Below are positions 35,988-50,145 of a DNA stretch of 64,000 nt, in pieces; the stretch's first letter is position 1, and each line of letters begins with the position of its first letter. Origin of the DNA: Callorhinchus milii (lineage: Eukaryota); NCBI RefSeq assembly GCF_018977255.1, contig NW_024704743.1, positions 12,898,001 through 12,962,000 of the forward strand. The letters run 5' to 3'. The notes under the pieces were generated by a model. That model ran no database searches and was not told the origin of the DNA. It saw only the letters and a program-made list of their open reading frames with translations. The position numbers and the translations under genes were made by a program.

Positions 35988-38770
35988 AACAACAAAATTA
36001 CATTTGTATAGCGCCTTTCACGTCCAGAAGACTTCTCAAGGCGCTGGACATAGTTACAGACCTGAGCTGGGGGTCGGGGTGGGGAAGGGGGGGAAGCAGG
36101 GAGATCGAAAGCACGGTCGAAGAGGAGGATCTTGAGGTGGGTCTTGAAGGTGGCGAGGGAGGATGGTCTGCAGGATGGGGTTCCAGAAGGTGGGGGCAGA
36201 GTGTCAGAAGGCCCGCCCACCAATAGTGGGGCGAGCAAGGCAGGGGACGTGGAGCAGGCCAGAGCCCACTGAGCGGAAGGAGCGAACAGGATGGTAGGGG
36301 GTTAGGAGGTCGGAGAGGTAGGGGGGAGCTAGACAATGGAGGGCTTTGAAGGTGAGGACCAGGATCTTGAACTGTATCCTCTGTGTGATGGGAAGCCAGT
36401 GGTGTTGGGCAAAAATGGGGGGGATAGGGTCACGGAGTCGAGTGCAGGAGAGGACACGGGCTGCAGAGTTTTGGAGGAGTTGGGGAGGCCGACATGCAGT
36501 GAGTTTGCATAGTCGAGCCTCAATGTAACGAATGTATGTATGAGGGTTTTGGCCACCTGTGGTGTGAGACAGTGTCAGAGCTGGGCGAAGTTGCGGAGGT
36601 GGGGGAAGGCAGAACGGGTCATGGCGCAGATGTGGGGTAGAAAGGATAGTTGAGGGTCAAACCAGACCCCAAGGTTCTGGACTGGCTTAGTAAGGTGGAG
36701 TGTGCAACCATGGATGGTGATGCTATCAGTGCCTGAGGTGAGAAGGTGCTGACAGGAGCCAATCAGGAGAGCCTCGGACTTGTTGACGTTCAACTGAAGA
36801 AAGTTAGCTCTCATCCAGGACTTGATGTCTGACAGATATTCTGTCAGGACAGCAGTGGTCCTGGAGTCAATGGCGGAGTCTGAGAGGTAGAGTTGGGTGT
36901 CATCCGCATACATGTGGAAATTGACCCCATGTCTGCGAATGATGTTACCAGGAGGGTGTATATAGATGTTGAAGAGGAGGGGACCAAGGGCAGAGCCCTG
37001 AGGAATGCCACACAAGACTGTCCGGGAGGTAAGGAGGGGTGTAGGGATGGGGTCGAGGGAGCAGGTTGTAGGTTTCATCTGCGTTATGGTGGTGATGAGA
37101 GAGGAGGGGGAGACGGGTTCAAAGGTGTGGAGGGAGGGATGGGCAGGCGCCGGGATGGGAGGAGGAGATGGTGGACGGATAGCAGTTGCAGTGGCAGAGG
37201 CAGCTGAGTGGATTCCCTCGACTTTGGATTCAAGGAAGTCCAGCATCGCCTCGCAGTTGGCATTTGAGGTGAGGATGGGTGAGGCATGAAAGGATGGGCG
37301 GAGGAGTCAGTTCGTGATGGAAAAGAGGAACCTGGGGTTGTCCTTAGCCTCCAAGATTATCTTCGAGTAGAACAACGATTTAGCGGAGGCGTGGGCGGAG
37401 CGGTAGGATTTGACATGGTCCAACCAAATCTGCCAGTGGACAGTGAGGTTTGATTTAAGCCAGGCTGGTGTACCAAGGTGATTTACATGAATAGGAGACA
37501 ATTCGGGAAGAGAGGGGAGCAAGGGAATCGAGAGTGGAGGAGAGGAAGCTGTGGAGAAGGGTGACAGAGGAGGATAGGTCATTACGGGAGGATGCCCAGA
37601 GGGGAAGGATTTTAGATGACACCAAGACAGCCGAGAGGGAGGGGGGGTAGATTTTTTTCAAGGGGCGGTATGAGATGGAGGTGGGTTGGGTAGCAGTGGG
37701 GAGAGGGATTGAGGATTAAGGGAGATTAAGTGATGGTCCGAGATTGCTTTGTCGATGATGGTGAGGACCGAGACGGTGAGGCCCCGAGTGATCATCAGGT
37801 CGAGGGGTGACCGCGGACGTGGATGGTGGAGTGGCTGTGAAGGGAGAGATTGAAGGAGGAGATAAGAGAGGGAAAGTCAGCGGAGGTAGAGCAGGAGGGG
37901 GTGAAGTGAAGGTTGAAATTGCCAAGGATGAGGAGGCATTCAGAGTAAAGGGAGAGGAAAGATAGGAGGGTGGAGATGTCGGGGATGAAGGTGGGGGAGG
38001 GCTTGTGGGGGGGCGGTAGATGAGGAGAATTTTGAGGGAAAGGTTGGAGGGGTGATAGAGGGTAAGGTGCTCTAAGGAGGGTAAAGTTCGAGAGGAGTAA
38101 GGGGATAGGCCGAGCGGGGATCGGGAGAGGAGAGTCACCCCACCACCACGACAGTTAGGTTCGAGAGGTGTGATGAAAGGTGTAACCGGGTGGTGAGGCC
38201 TCAGTCAGGGGGAAGGTGTCGCTTGGAGTGATCCAGGTTTCAGTGAGGACGAGGATGTTGATGTGTTCATCGATGATGAGGTCTTGGATATTGTGTGTTT
38301 TGTTGGAGAGGGAATGGACGTTTTGTAGACCGATGTAGAGGGGATAGTTGGTGGCGAAAAAGGGGGGGCGAGGTGGTGGGGGATGGGACTGTTAGGGAGG
38401 GTAGGGATATGGATCGGGGAGGAGATATTGGCCTCTGTGGTCGAGGACTGGTGAGCTTTGTGGCGACAGAAGGGGATAGAGCAGTTAGAGTGGCTGCTGT
38501 TAGACGGCCAGCGATGGCTCCCATGGTGGGCCCGACGGAGGATTCGCAGGTTGGAGCAGAGGGAGGCAGTGGAACGGTCGAGCAGGGATAGGAATTAGGG
38601 AGGGCGGTGGGAGAGGAAGACCGAACGGGAGTAAATGAGGGTAGAGGACAGGGGTGGGGGCATTGTGGGAAAGCAGCTCGGGTTTGGTGGCGACAGCCAT
38701 AACGTGCACGCCAAGACTAAAAGCAAGCAGCGGGGGTGGGAGGTCAGCGAGGCATGGTTAGCCCACTGGT
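35988..38770 (-). mobile_element. Longest L2 copy (5' region, APE endonuclease, internally deleted RT, 3' end)
   Basis: [35 protein letters not shown] joined directly to [21 protein letters not shown]; (caa)n tail at ~35985. Confidence 0.93.
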
Positions 38771-40242
38771 GAGCTTACATTACACCGGTAATGTACAAGT
38801 TACATTAACTTACAAGTTAATGTACAAGTTACATTAACTTGTAATGTTAATCAGCCATTCTGTCAACATCCTGGCCACTTCCCATGCAAAATGTTAATAT
38901 CGCTTTAATAGCCATTCTACTCCAATAGACCAGAGGCCTCTGTGATGCATCTGCATCAGTCACAGCACCCCTTGTGGCCCTGGAGGACCTATGTCTAACT
39001 CACTATTCCAGATGACTAGCTGCTGAGCCTGTTTTCCTTGGAGTAACGAATTATCAGGAATTTACTGGACCTGTGAAATGCTTTGAGATGATTAAACATT
39101 CTAAGCATTTTATCAATTGCAAAGATTATTATTTATGCATTTACACATGACTTATGCAAGTTGCAAATTAGATCTGACCAGATGCACAGTGAACTGATCC
39201 TGTCAGACCCCATCTTTGTGGTGCATTCCAAGTCATTATCTTACGTGAAGGAAGCTACACAAATGCAAGTTGTCATTGTTGCACAGTTTAATGCCACATC
39301 TGTACCAAGGTAAAACATCCAAACTGAAATGATATCTGAGTAAGAGAAATGCACTGGACCTCTCTGATTGATAACAAATCACAACATTTCTGCACAGTGT
39401 CTTGGACATTTTCTTCTGCCACTGTCAGCAGGCTCATACGTCTACTACTTTTTAAAAAATTCCACTCCGTTCAGATTGAACGTATAAGAAATTATTAACC
39501 TATCTTTAGTGCAGCATTGAGCTCAGAAAACCACAATACATGGCCATGTGAATAGGATCAGAATGTAACTGGAGTTTTATTGCAAGGAGGTCAAAGTGAT
39601 CATAATATTTTACTGCTGTGTATTGTGCTCCTAAGCAGTACCTGCACTTTACCATACAGAAAGGTGATGCAATAAGCATTCTTTGCAAGCAATATGTATA
39701 ATGCTTGCTTAGAAATACTCCAAATATATAGCCAGGTAGTGTTCTGCTGTATTAATAGGATCATTATGTCCCCTGCAACATAAATGTTCTACAGTAGATC
39801 TATGTTTGTCTTATTTGTTCTGCTATTTTTAACCCCAAGATCAGTCACAATATGTTTTATAGCATATGTACCAGCAGCTGTTTGTTCTAACATGTTCATG
39901 GGCAGAAGGCTGAGAGCAAAATACACTAGTTCAGTCCTGTGACATTATTGTGGGAAAGGAGGGGAAACAATTTGAGAATACAAAATTGAGGGATATAAGA
40001 ACCAGATCTTCAAAATGAGGAGTCGTACAGACTCCAGATAAAATTGGCTATTAACCTCCTAGCCATTTATGGGACTTTGCTGTGTGCAAATTGGCTGCCA
40101 CTTTCTCAAACAAATACAGAGTTACTGCACTTTACAGTAAATCCTATGAAGTGCTTTGAGACCTTTTGCTGACATAATTAAGAACTACATCAAATCCAGG
40201 GATTATATATTTCTATTTTATGATCTAGATGTAAGCAAACTA

Positions 40243-40983
40243 CAGTGGAATACGCTTTTGCCGGACGCCAGTTAACCCCGGACATCAGGTAAATCGAACA
40301 AAACTCCTGGGCCTGACTCGTTTGTATTGTTACCTATTTTAAATATGCCGACTGATTCGGACGAAAATCCAGTTAATTCAGGCAAAATGCCGTGCTGGTC
40401 ACCACTGAATGTACTCACTCGGGCCTTCTGTGTGTCCATTGAACCGAGAGGGACTCCTGGATGTAGATGGGAGGAGTCAAATTGTGATTGACAGTGGACT
40501 CCAGCCATTCACAAGCAGCTGGAGTTGTGCTGTCATTCAGTGGAGGAACAGGGAAGAACAAGGGAGGGAATGGGAATCACATAGTGATTGATTGACAGCT
40601 GAGCCACCTGTCAATGGCCGAGTCCAAACATTCACAAGTGGCTTCAGTCTGTCAATCACCTCGAAGCCGCCACTAATTGGTCTCCTTCCCATCCAATGGG
40701 AACGGCAATGGGAGGGAGGAGGTGCCGCCACTCCTCTGGGGGCGGGAAAGTACTCTTTTGCTGCCAAATAAAGATAAATATATTTTACTGAAATCTGTGA
40801 GTATTTTAACTTTAACTGGTTAGTTAACGTTGCTTCAAGTGAAACAACATTATTACATATTATTATAGTGCGTTGGCAGAGCTCCTCTGCTGGGCGGGAA
40901 TGGTATTTTGGTTAACCTTGGACACCTCTTAAGCCGGACAAAACAGCTGTCCCCAATGTGTCCTGCTTAACCGGCTTCGACTG
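40243..40983. mobile_element. Non-autonomous Tigger/pogo-type DNA transposon (MITE)
   Basis: TA on both flanks; imperfect TIRs CAGTGGAATACGCTTTTGCCGGACGC versus reverse-complement CAGTCGAAGCCGGTTAAGCAGGACAC (18/26 by my count); no transposase ORF. Confidence 0.75.
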
Positions 40984-41059
40984 TATTTGATTTAGATCGG
41001 AATGAGAACAAAAACTAGCAAACTAAGCAAGGTTTGATATTAGTAAAGAAAATTATTTT

Positions 41060-41390
41060 CTGTAAATTGGATTGACTGTGTACTTGTGGGTGAAATGTAG
41101 CAGCCAGTTGCGTGGAGTCATGGAATGCGTGACCAATTTTATGTTGGGGATTGTTGGCCAGAATGCCGGGAGAAACTGCCTTCCCTTTTCGAATAGTGCC
41201 GTGTGTTCTTTATCATCTGCTTTAACAGGTAGATGGGACTTCGATTTAACATCTCATCCAAAGGACAGCACCGCTGACAATACAACACCCTCCCAGAGCA
41301 GTGTCATCGTGTAATTCCAACTCCCAACATGGGCCTTGAACCCACAACCTTCTGACTCAAAGACGAGAGCACTACCACTGTGCCAGGCTG
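41060..41390 (-). mobile_element. Old Deu-type SINE
   Basis: Reverse complement of head gtggtagtgctctcgtctttgagtcagaaggttgtgggttcaag and core tttggatgagatgttaaatcgaag. Confidence 0.7.
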
Positions 41391-42348
41391 ATACAGATAA
41401 TCGAACACTAAAGAAAATAGTTCACACTGTATAATTAACTCCTTCAATAACAGCTTCGTTATAGGATAGGTGTAGACTGCAACATTCAAACACTCTGTAT
41501 GGCTTACTGATTCCTGTCCAGTGTGGATGTTTGTACAGTGTTGTTTGTGGAAGTCAGTAAATGCAGAGCTCAAGAGTAGATATGTGCTTGGCTGGCTCAG
41601 CTGGTGGGGTCCAGTTACGAAGAACTTTGTCTCAAGAGATTCAATTGTTGGGGTTTATTCATGATACAACAAATTGTGCATGTTCTGTGGAAAAAGTCGG
41701 CATGATGGGCCAACTGTCTTTTCATACCCTGAGTTTATTTTTGTTTCTGAGTGTTGTGGTAATGAAGATAAAACCAACTGCAGTGATACAGGAGTAGTGA
41801 GTCTTTTTTCCATCTAATCTACAAAATACACAATCACTGTACTTTGCAATTTAATGGTGTGATAAAGTGCTGTATACAATGTAAAGATTATAATAATAAT
41901 AATAATAAACATAAAATAGGGTCCCATTACCAGAGAGAGAATTATCACCAATAGCAGCACCTAGATCTGCAGATAAAATTATGACCATTCAGTTCTCAAT
42001 ACTAAAGTTATTGTTCGCTAGGGGAAATAATTGTAACATGGATTTCTCTCACTGTTAGCAAGAGTAAGAGAAAAGCAATCCTAAAATAGAAGCAATTTAG
42101 GCAATATGGAAAAAGCTCTCTTTAATCAGTTGCTCAGTCACACGCAACTACAATTTATCAGTTCAGAATTTTTCAAGAACATTTAAACGAATTCTGTATC
42201 GAAATTCCAAGATCTTGTGAGCGATGCCCTGATAATTTGGCAAATTTCAACTACTGTACTGATTTTATAAACCAGCTCTCTACATGTCTGCAGTCTGTCT
42301 ATGATTACAGTGGTGAGACATCACCTTGTTGACGAGTATCAACAAGAT

Positions 42349-42576
42349 AATAATAATCCCTCCAAAAAAACCAAAAACAATAATAAAAAAAAAATTGGGT
42401 CATTTTCAATCTACGACTGTTTGTGGGACATTGCTGTGCGCAATTGGCTGCCGCGTTCGCCCACAAATATACAGTCAATTCACTTTACAGTGTGTTCTGT
42501 GAAGCGCTTTGGGACGTCCTCCCGACGTGAAAAGCGCTATATCAAATGCAAGGATTATTATTATTATTATTATTAT
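42349..42576 (+). mobile_element. 5'-truncated young SINE
   Basis: Nearly identical to the 3' two-thirds of 28111-28425; (tta)n tail. Confidence 0.9.
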
Positions 42577-42919
42577 CAGATTAAAAACAGCAGCTCCGCC
42601 AGCAGATAAAGCTAGTTGGGATGTTTGTTTTTGTGGTACATTGGTGTGAATCTACTGTGACAGCCAAAATACATTAAAAGAATTGCAGAACGTTGTTTTG
42701 TTTGGGGTTTCCATGGTACCTTATAGTGTATGTGTCAGTTTCACATTTGGTGAAACTACATGGGTTTGGCAATTGCTCCATTAAATAGTCATGTAACTAT
42801 CTCTTACTTTAGAAAAACAGTAATATAATTGTTACTAAATTTATAAAATGAACTCCCCTCAACCCCAACTGAAACAAAAACCACCTGTTTGGCTGTATCC
42901 AATAGAAAAATAACTAAAA

Positions 42920-43043
42920 ATAATAATAATAATAATAATAATAATCCTTGCATTTGATATAGCGCTTTTCGCATCGGGAGGACGTCGCAAAGCGCTTCAC
43001 AGAACACACTGTAAAGTGAATTGACTGTATATTTGTGGGCGAA
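42920..43043 (-). mobile_element. SINE 3' fragment
   Basis: (taa)n followed by ccttgcatttgatatagcgcttttc. Confidence 0.88.
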
Positions 43044-44160
43044 AATGTTCAAACAGATCAGTCAAAATCAATATAGAACATTTGTCAGAATTTGGACTAA
43101 GAGTAAGTGGTTCGATTTCATCACAACCATACAGAGGCAAAGCTGCATGCAAAGCAGACAACATCATTATTCACGGTATGCTTGCGTGTGCCAGTGAAGC
43201 AGAATAGGTTCAACAACAACAGCAACAAACAGGACAAAAACGCCAGCAGTTTGGATAACAAGTTTCAAGCAGAGAAAGAATGTTATCTAAGGAAAAACAT
43301 TCAGTATTACATCCAAATTTTATAATTTTGCTTAGATTACCATCCCATTTTTATTGTGTTATTCATTTAGGTTCTTTCTGCCTTGTGGTTCAGGTGAATG
43401 TAAAGAGACCACCCTGCTGTTGGGATACGCTTTTCCTGGTCATCATGGTTTATATTCCTCTCCTAAACTACATTTATCCCCATCTATCTCAGTATTGCTA
43501 ATGGGACATTACTGTTGAGGTGTCACATCTGCCTAAATAACAACATTCCCTTTCAGTTACTAATCAATTGTATATTATGAAGCATTTTGAAGCTTTTTTT
43601 AGTTGAAAGGTGCTATATAAAAGCAAGTTAGTATTATAGATTCATATTTTTAATGTATACTTATATACATTGTATGTAAGTGATGTATAATGATTTTTTA
43701 ACATCTACTTATGATTATAATCAAATCAATTTTCATAACTGTTAAGTTATTCATTTGAATTAATAGTCAGAGGCCTCTGATATCCCTGGTCCTTATCCAC
43801 AAGGAGTTGATGTCCATAGAAATTTTCACAGCTGGAAAAGAAAACTAAGTTCCATATGGTTCATACCAAAGTTTGAAAAATACTTTACATTTGTCTTTTG
43901 GCAGTTTGTTTTCCTGTAGAACAGCTTTTTAATTCCCGGACAGCACCATTTCAATAAATTAATATAATTCTTTCTGTCTTTATAGAGACTTCTTCCACAT
44001 TGTTAGAATGGCTATTGAAGTTAAATGCATTCAAAATGGAATTGGATAAGTATTTGAACAAGTACAAGGGCATGACACCAACAACAAAATTACATTTGTA
44101 TAGCGACCTTCACGTTGAAGAAAATGGGGGAAGCAAATGAAGGAAGAATCAATATATTTC

Positions 44161-44380
44161 TTCAACAACAACTTTATATTTATATAGCACCACTCACAGA
44201 GTGCTTCACAGTAGCGAAGCATGACTCCGAGCCGGGGGAGGTGACCATAGGCACGGTCGAATAGGAACGTCTTCAGGTGCAATCGGAAAATGGGGCAGGA
44301 AGAAGCAACGCGGAGGGGTAGAGGAAGAATGTTCCTGAGTTTTGGGGCATAATGGCTGAAAGCACGGCCACCAACGGTAG
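44161..44380 (-). mobile_element. L2 3' end
   Basis: LKTFLFDRAYGHL; caacaac tail. Confidence 0.82.
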
Positions 44381-44384
44381 AATG

Positions 44385-45815
44385 CAGATGTTCCTCCTAT
44401 TTTTAAGAAAGGTAACAAAAGTGACCCAGGAAACTACAGACCAGTAAGTCTGACATCCATTGTGCATAAAATTATGGAGACTTATTAAGGATAAAATCAT
44501 GGAGCATCTGGACAGAAATAAAATCATAAATGATAGCCAATATGGGTTCATGAAGAGAAGGTCTTCCCAATCTAATTTATCGTTTTTCTTTGATGGTGTG
44601 ACAAGGGAACTTGGTAAGGGTAAGGCTGTGGATGTTGTATATCTGGATTTCAGTAAGGCCTTTGATATAGTTCCTCTTGAGAGGCTGGTACTGAAAGTAA
44701 TAAAAGTGGGAATCAGTGGAGGTATATTACAATTGATTGACCGGAAGAATCTAGAGGGTGATGGTACTGGGAATGTCATCAGACTGGGAAAATGTTACCA
44801 ATGGAGTTTCACAAGGGTCTGTTTTGGGACCTCTTTTGTTTCATATTTTTATAAAAGATCTGGAACTAGGAGTGGCAAGCACAGTGGCTAAGCTTTCAGA
44901 TGACACCAAGCAAATGAATGTGGTAGATTACAAAGCTGAACAAGATATCTTACAGGAGGATTTGAACATACTTGGGAATTGGGCAGATCGGTGGCAGATG
45001 AAATTCAATGTGGAGAAATGTAAAATACTTCACAAGGGGACAAAAATTCCTGGAAGGGACTATCATTTGAATGGAAGGAAAATAATATGTATGGAAAATG
45101 AAAAGGACCTGGATGTCCTGATTGACAATTAATTGAAGCTCTCACAACAATGCTCTGTATCAGTGAGAAAAACAAACCAGATTTTGGGATCTATCAAAAA
45201 ATCAATAGCAAGCCAAAATAGTTGGGTAATCCTGCCACTGTATGAATCATTGGTGAGACCATACTTAGAGTACTGTGTACAGTTCTGGTCTTCACAGTAC
45301 AAAAAGGATATTGGAGAAATCAAGAAGATACAGAGGAGGGCAAACAAAATGATTGAAGGAATGGAAGGACTGGACAATGTATGAGGAGCGATTAAATAAA
45401 TTGGGCATGTTCATGCTGGAAAAAAAAAGATTGAGAGGCGACATAATTGCTGTCCTTAAGATTCTAAAGGGACAAGACAATATAGATCATAACAGGCTGT
45501 TTCAACTTGTCCAGAATAGTAAAACCAGAGAACACAGCCTGCGATTGAAGGGGGATAAATTCAGAATGAAGCTACACAAACACTCTTTCAATGAGCGAAG
45601 AGTGAATATGTGGAACAGGCTCCCTAGGGAGACAATTGAAGCAGGAAGTGTTGATTCTTTCAAACATGGATTAGATAGTTTTCGTTTAGGAAATAACATT
45701 ATGGAATATAGTACATAGGTAGTTTGGGACATATGTGCATGCGACCACCAGGAAGGTGGAAGGTGAATTAGATGCTCGTTGGTCTTTTCTCATCTATCAT
45801 TTCTTATGTTCTTAT
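44385..45815 (+). mobile_element. Older, distinct CR1 subfamily, RT to 3' end
   Basis: NYRPVSLTS, YLDFSKAFD, GVSQGSVLGPLLF, WQMKFNVEKC, LVRPYLEYCVQFW; (ttcttatg)n tail. Confidence 0.93.
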
Positions 45816-45819
45816 GTTC

Positions 45820-46690
45820 TTAATAGAGGGAAAGTGGGACATGCAGAAGGCCAGAGCCAGTGAATTGTAGGTTGGTGGATATGCAGATTGGAGAGGTAGG
45901 GAGGTATAAGGGCACAAAGGGATTTGAAAACGAGCATGAGGATCTTGAAATCGATCTGTTCGGTGATGGGGAGCCAATGGATTTTGGCTAACACTGGTGT
46001 GATGTGGGTACGGAGTTTAGTACGGCATATGCGGGCAACAGAGTTTTGGATCAGCTGGATCCTATGCATGGTGGAGCTGGGGAGATTGGCAAAGAGGGCA
46101 TTTGAGAAGTCCAGTTGGGAGGTGACGAAACCATAGACAATTATTCAGGCTGCATCCAGATCTTCCTCAGATAACAACCTGAACTCAAATTGTACAATTA
46201 AAGGGGTGTAAAGTGCAATATTTCATAACAAATCCAATGTATATCAAGCATGTTATCAAAATTATAGCGATTAAATAAGGAGATTACATCCCCCTAAAAA
46301 CAGCTCTCATTACCCCCCATCCTCAAAAACCTTCCCTGGACCCATCCCTACTCTCCAGCTATTACCCATCTCCAACCTCCCATTCCTTTCTAAGGCCCTG
46401 GAACAAGTTGTGTGTCCCAACTTCACACTTTCCTCACCCGCCATTCCCTCTTTGAACCACTCTGATTGGGTTTTCGTGCTGCCCACAGCACAGAAACAGC
46501 CTTGGTCAAGATCTGTCTCAAGATCCTCCTCTTCAACCGTGCCTTCAGTCACCCTCCTTCTCCCCCACTGCCTTCCACCCTCTCCAATCCTGACTTTCAG
46601 CTTGGGTCCAAAACATTGATTCTTCAACGCTTTGGGACTCCTCCAATGTGAAAGGTGCTATACAAATGTAATTTTGCTGTTGGTGTTATT
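45820..46690. mobile_element. Two L2 fragments (45820-46140 minus; 46311-46690 plus, internally deleted)
   Basis: [29 protein letters not shown] joined directly to the 3' end. Confidence 0.82.
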
Positions 46691-46830
46691 ACACTGCATT
46701 TTTCACCCCATTTACTCAATCTGTATTTGACTAAGAGATTTAGATTATTTTTATGTGGGAAAGGCAAAGTCCTCTCTCTTTCATATTTATGCTTCACATC
46801 CAGTGAGGTGTATGTATATATATATATATA

Positions 46831-47428
46831 CTAGCTGCATCTGTTGCAGCTACACTTGTGACCAAAGGACCCAATATAGAATGTAGATTGATACACAGAC
46901 AAACACTTCATCTTTATCGATACTCATCTGGGAGGACGCCTGTGGGAGGATTCCTTTTGGAAGGACTCGGTTGGAGGACGCGGTAGTTTAAAAATGTAAC
47001 TTTGTTGTTGTTGACATGGCTTAGTTTTGTCTGTGTTCTTTATTTTGTTCCTGTCGCTTGGCTACATATGTGCTCTGTGACGCAGGATGCCACAGCGCCA
47101 TGGTCAGCCAGTACGGCCAACAGGTGTAATTGAGGTGCATGTGTACATGCGTGCTATATAACGAATGATGCCACAGCATCACTTTGACTCGGTGGACACC
47201 AGGTATAACTGCAGTGAAAAACACAATACTGAAAATAACTCATGAATGATACGAGATACCCCAAAACAAATATGCCTATGTCACTTCCAGGGAAAGATTT
47301 TTCTGAGGAGATATAAATCATGTCTCTACGTCAATCGGTTATTGAGATCCTTCTTGAAGCGCAGACAGACATTGTCAATCTATATATATATAATGATAAG
47401 TAGATAGATAGATAGATAGATAGAAGAT
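46831..47428 (-). mobile_element. Possible non-autonomous Helitron-like relic in a (TA)n/(GATA)n context
   Basis: Plus strand starts a|CTAG with the hairpin tagctgca-tctgt-tgcagcta and ends cagacagacattgtcaatc(ta)n...(gata)n, i.e. TC...CTAG on the minus strand. Confidence 0.35.
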
Positions 47429-48734
47429 ATATTATACATATATATTATATATATATATAAAACTATGAGCTACACTGGAAACTAACCAAATGGAGCTGAG
47501 GGAAAAACCACCTTGATCTCACAGATAAAAAGATGAAATATTAATGTATCTACTCTTGCATTAAAAAAAGTGTAATTTTAACTACAATATCTTACTGTCA
47601 ATGCAAAAAAAATAATGAACATTTTGTGTAATGAGAACACTTTCCAACAACAGTCAAATGTGTTCTGCAAATGCTATTGTCTATTCATCATGGGCTTCAT
47701 TTTAAGCCTCACTTTTTATCATACAATACAATTTACAATATAATGTACATGTATGTAGCACCTTTCAAGTCAGGAATACGTCTCAAAGCGTTTCACGGTA
47801 CTTTATGGGTGTGGAAGCTAAAGGGGGTGGGGAGAGCAAAGATGACCAAAAGAACACTCAAAGAGAGTACATTTTATAATATGCCTTGAAAGAGGGGATG
47901 GATGGAAAGATATTACATATTGTGAACTAGACCCAAAACCTCTTGATTCATCTTGCTGACATTTACAAAATGTATGGCCAGGTCCCCAGCACACCAATTT
48001 CTCATCAACACTCCAAAGAACACTGGAAGCAAATTGACATATCTCTCATGCTTCATTAACAGATAGCAGTAAATCTACTGATATGGTTGACAGATTAAGA
48101 CAGAAGGCATTAGTGACATTGAGAAGCCAGATTTTAGCAGGGCATTATTTGCAGATTTTTCAGGGCTCTGATCTTCGAGCAATATTATATGTCAGCTAAT
48201 AGACATGCACTCTGCACAGTTTAGCCCTGTGTTAGCTAACAATATGGCTCCACAAGCAAAACTTTTTGAACTCTGTGGTATTTTCTGTGCAGATTACAGA
48301 TTATAAACACATTCTTTTATCATGTTGTATAATCACCCTGCATTACGTATCACAAGCATTCGCCTGCACTGTAAACTTGGAGGATTGATTTTTTTAAAAG
48401 TACACTACCTAAAAAGGCAAAGCTGGACATTATAAAAACACTTTTTTCACAATGTAGTGTTGAATTGTTTGGGTGACATTCCTAATGATACATTTGGGTG
48501 TAGGTGGATAGTTTTCTTTCTCCGCATTTCGTGAAACCAGAGTTTGTCAGGAGGAAGTATTATTATTAAATATTACAATACAATACAAATTTACATTTAT
48601 ATAGTACCTTTCAAACTTGGAGGATGTCCAAGGCATTGGATGGTCTAAGGTTTGCACCAGGTTCCAAGGCTTGGAAACATATGAAGATGGTCACCCCCAT
48701 GATCAGTCTGAATGAAATGCTCTGTATAAGCTCT

Positions 48735-49090
48735 ACTCATGACTCAGTTGATAAGTAGAATGAATCTAAACCATGCAGACTCGAAGGTTTCCAGGTTTGA
48801 GCACTGATCAGTGCTGAGTTAGCTATCCATATTCAGGGCACCAGAAGAGGCACTGCAATAGGGCTCAGTGAACCTAGGCTAAGGGTTGTAAAATCAACCA
48901 AGGTTTCCCACTCCTGTGACTGCTGCTGAGATTGCTAAGCAACATTTAGGACATATTGCACCTTGACGATTTTACCACCCATGGTTCAATAAGTTTGTGT
49001 ATTGCGGTTTGGAATCTTATTTATTAGGAATGGGGCTAACAGAGCTCAGCCTAGGCTGCCTCATGCTGACCCAGTTGAAAACTGCAGTCT
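48735..49090 (+). mobile_element. LF-SINE-like relic
   Basis: gactcagttg...gaaggtttccaggtttgagc...gtgctgagttagct...ctcagtgaacctaggctaaggg; related to 23370-23830. Confidence 0.5.
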
Positions 49091-49199
49091 ACTTCTTGGT
49101 GTGTTTGAGTGCAGTTCCCATCGGGTCAGCATGACATATCTCTGGTTACCAGCAGGAATCCTTACTTGCAATTCAATCAATATCAATGAGTCAGTTATA

Positions 49200-50145
49200 G
49201 ACAGATTAGTTGATTTATCAGAACAATGGAAAATTAAATTTAATGCAGATTAATGCAAGGTATTACATTTTGGGAGGAACAATAAAGAACAAATATGTGT
49301 TAGGTGAAAAAATATTTTAAAAGCAGTGGCAGAGCAGAGGGACTAGAGAATAACATATTTAAATAAGATGGAAAGGCAAGAAAGCTGCCAAGAAAGCAAA
49401 TGTAATCCTATATTTTATATATAAGGGAAAAGAATATAAAAGCAAAGAAGGAAAGAGGTAGCTCAGTGGTTAGAGCGCTCCACTCGTAAGTGAGAGACCT
49501 GTGCGATTCCTGGCAGGCGAAGCGTTGGGCAAGTTTCCTTACTTCACATATCTCTGTTTACCTAACAGTAAATAAGATCCCGGTTGTTAGTTGATTGGCG
49601 GATCACTTTTCCGGGGCTAATAATTTCTTAAAACAAAATTTGTCGCTCAATCCATGCTTGGCTGCCATGTTTTGCCCACAAAATATACAGTCAATTCATT
49701 TTACAATATATTCTGTGAAGCACTTTGAGACGTCTCGAAGATGTGATAAGGCCCTATATCAAATGCAAGGATTATTATTATTAAGAGAATTGTTTTCACA
49801 TACACAGTAGTTAGGATATGGAATGCCCTCTTGGGAGCAGTGGTTGAAGCAGAATCCATATTAGCCTTCAAAAGGGAACTAAATATTAGATATATCTAGC
49901 TATAGATAAATCTAAATATTTTATTTACCTCAATAAAATATTATTTATGTATCATAACTTATTTATATAAGTTTAACATTACCACTTATTAGATTACCAG
50001 ATATTAGATATTTTTTACCCAAAATAGGGTATGGGGAAAGGGCAACTAAATGGTCCTGAAATAATTGCTATCCAAAAAGCCAGTACAGATGTGAAGGGCT
50101 GAATGGCCTTCTTCTGTGCAGTAAATGTTTATGGTTTCTATGGCA
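49200..50145 (+). mobile_element. Very old CR1 3' fragments with a nested SINE (49458-49782)
   Basis: WKIKFNAD*CKVLHFG; CR1 3' UTR gggctgaatggccttcttctgtg; SINE head gtagctcagtggttagagcgc. Confidence 0.8.
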
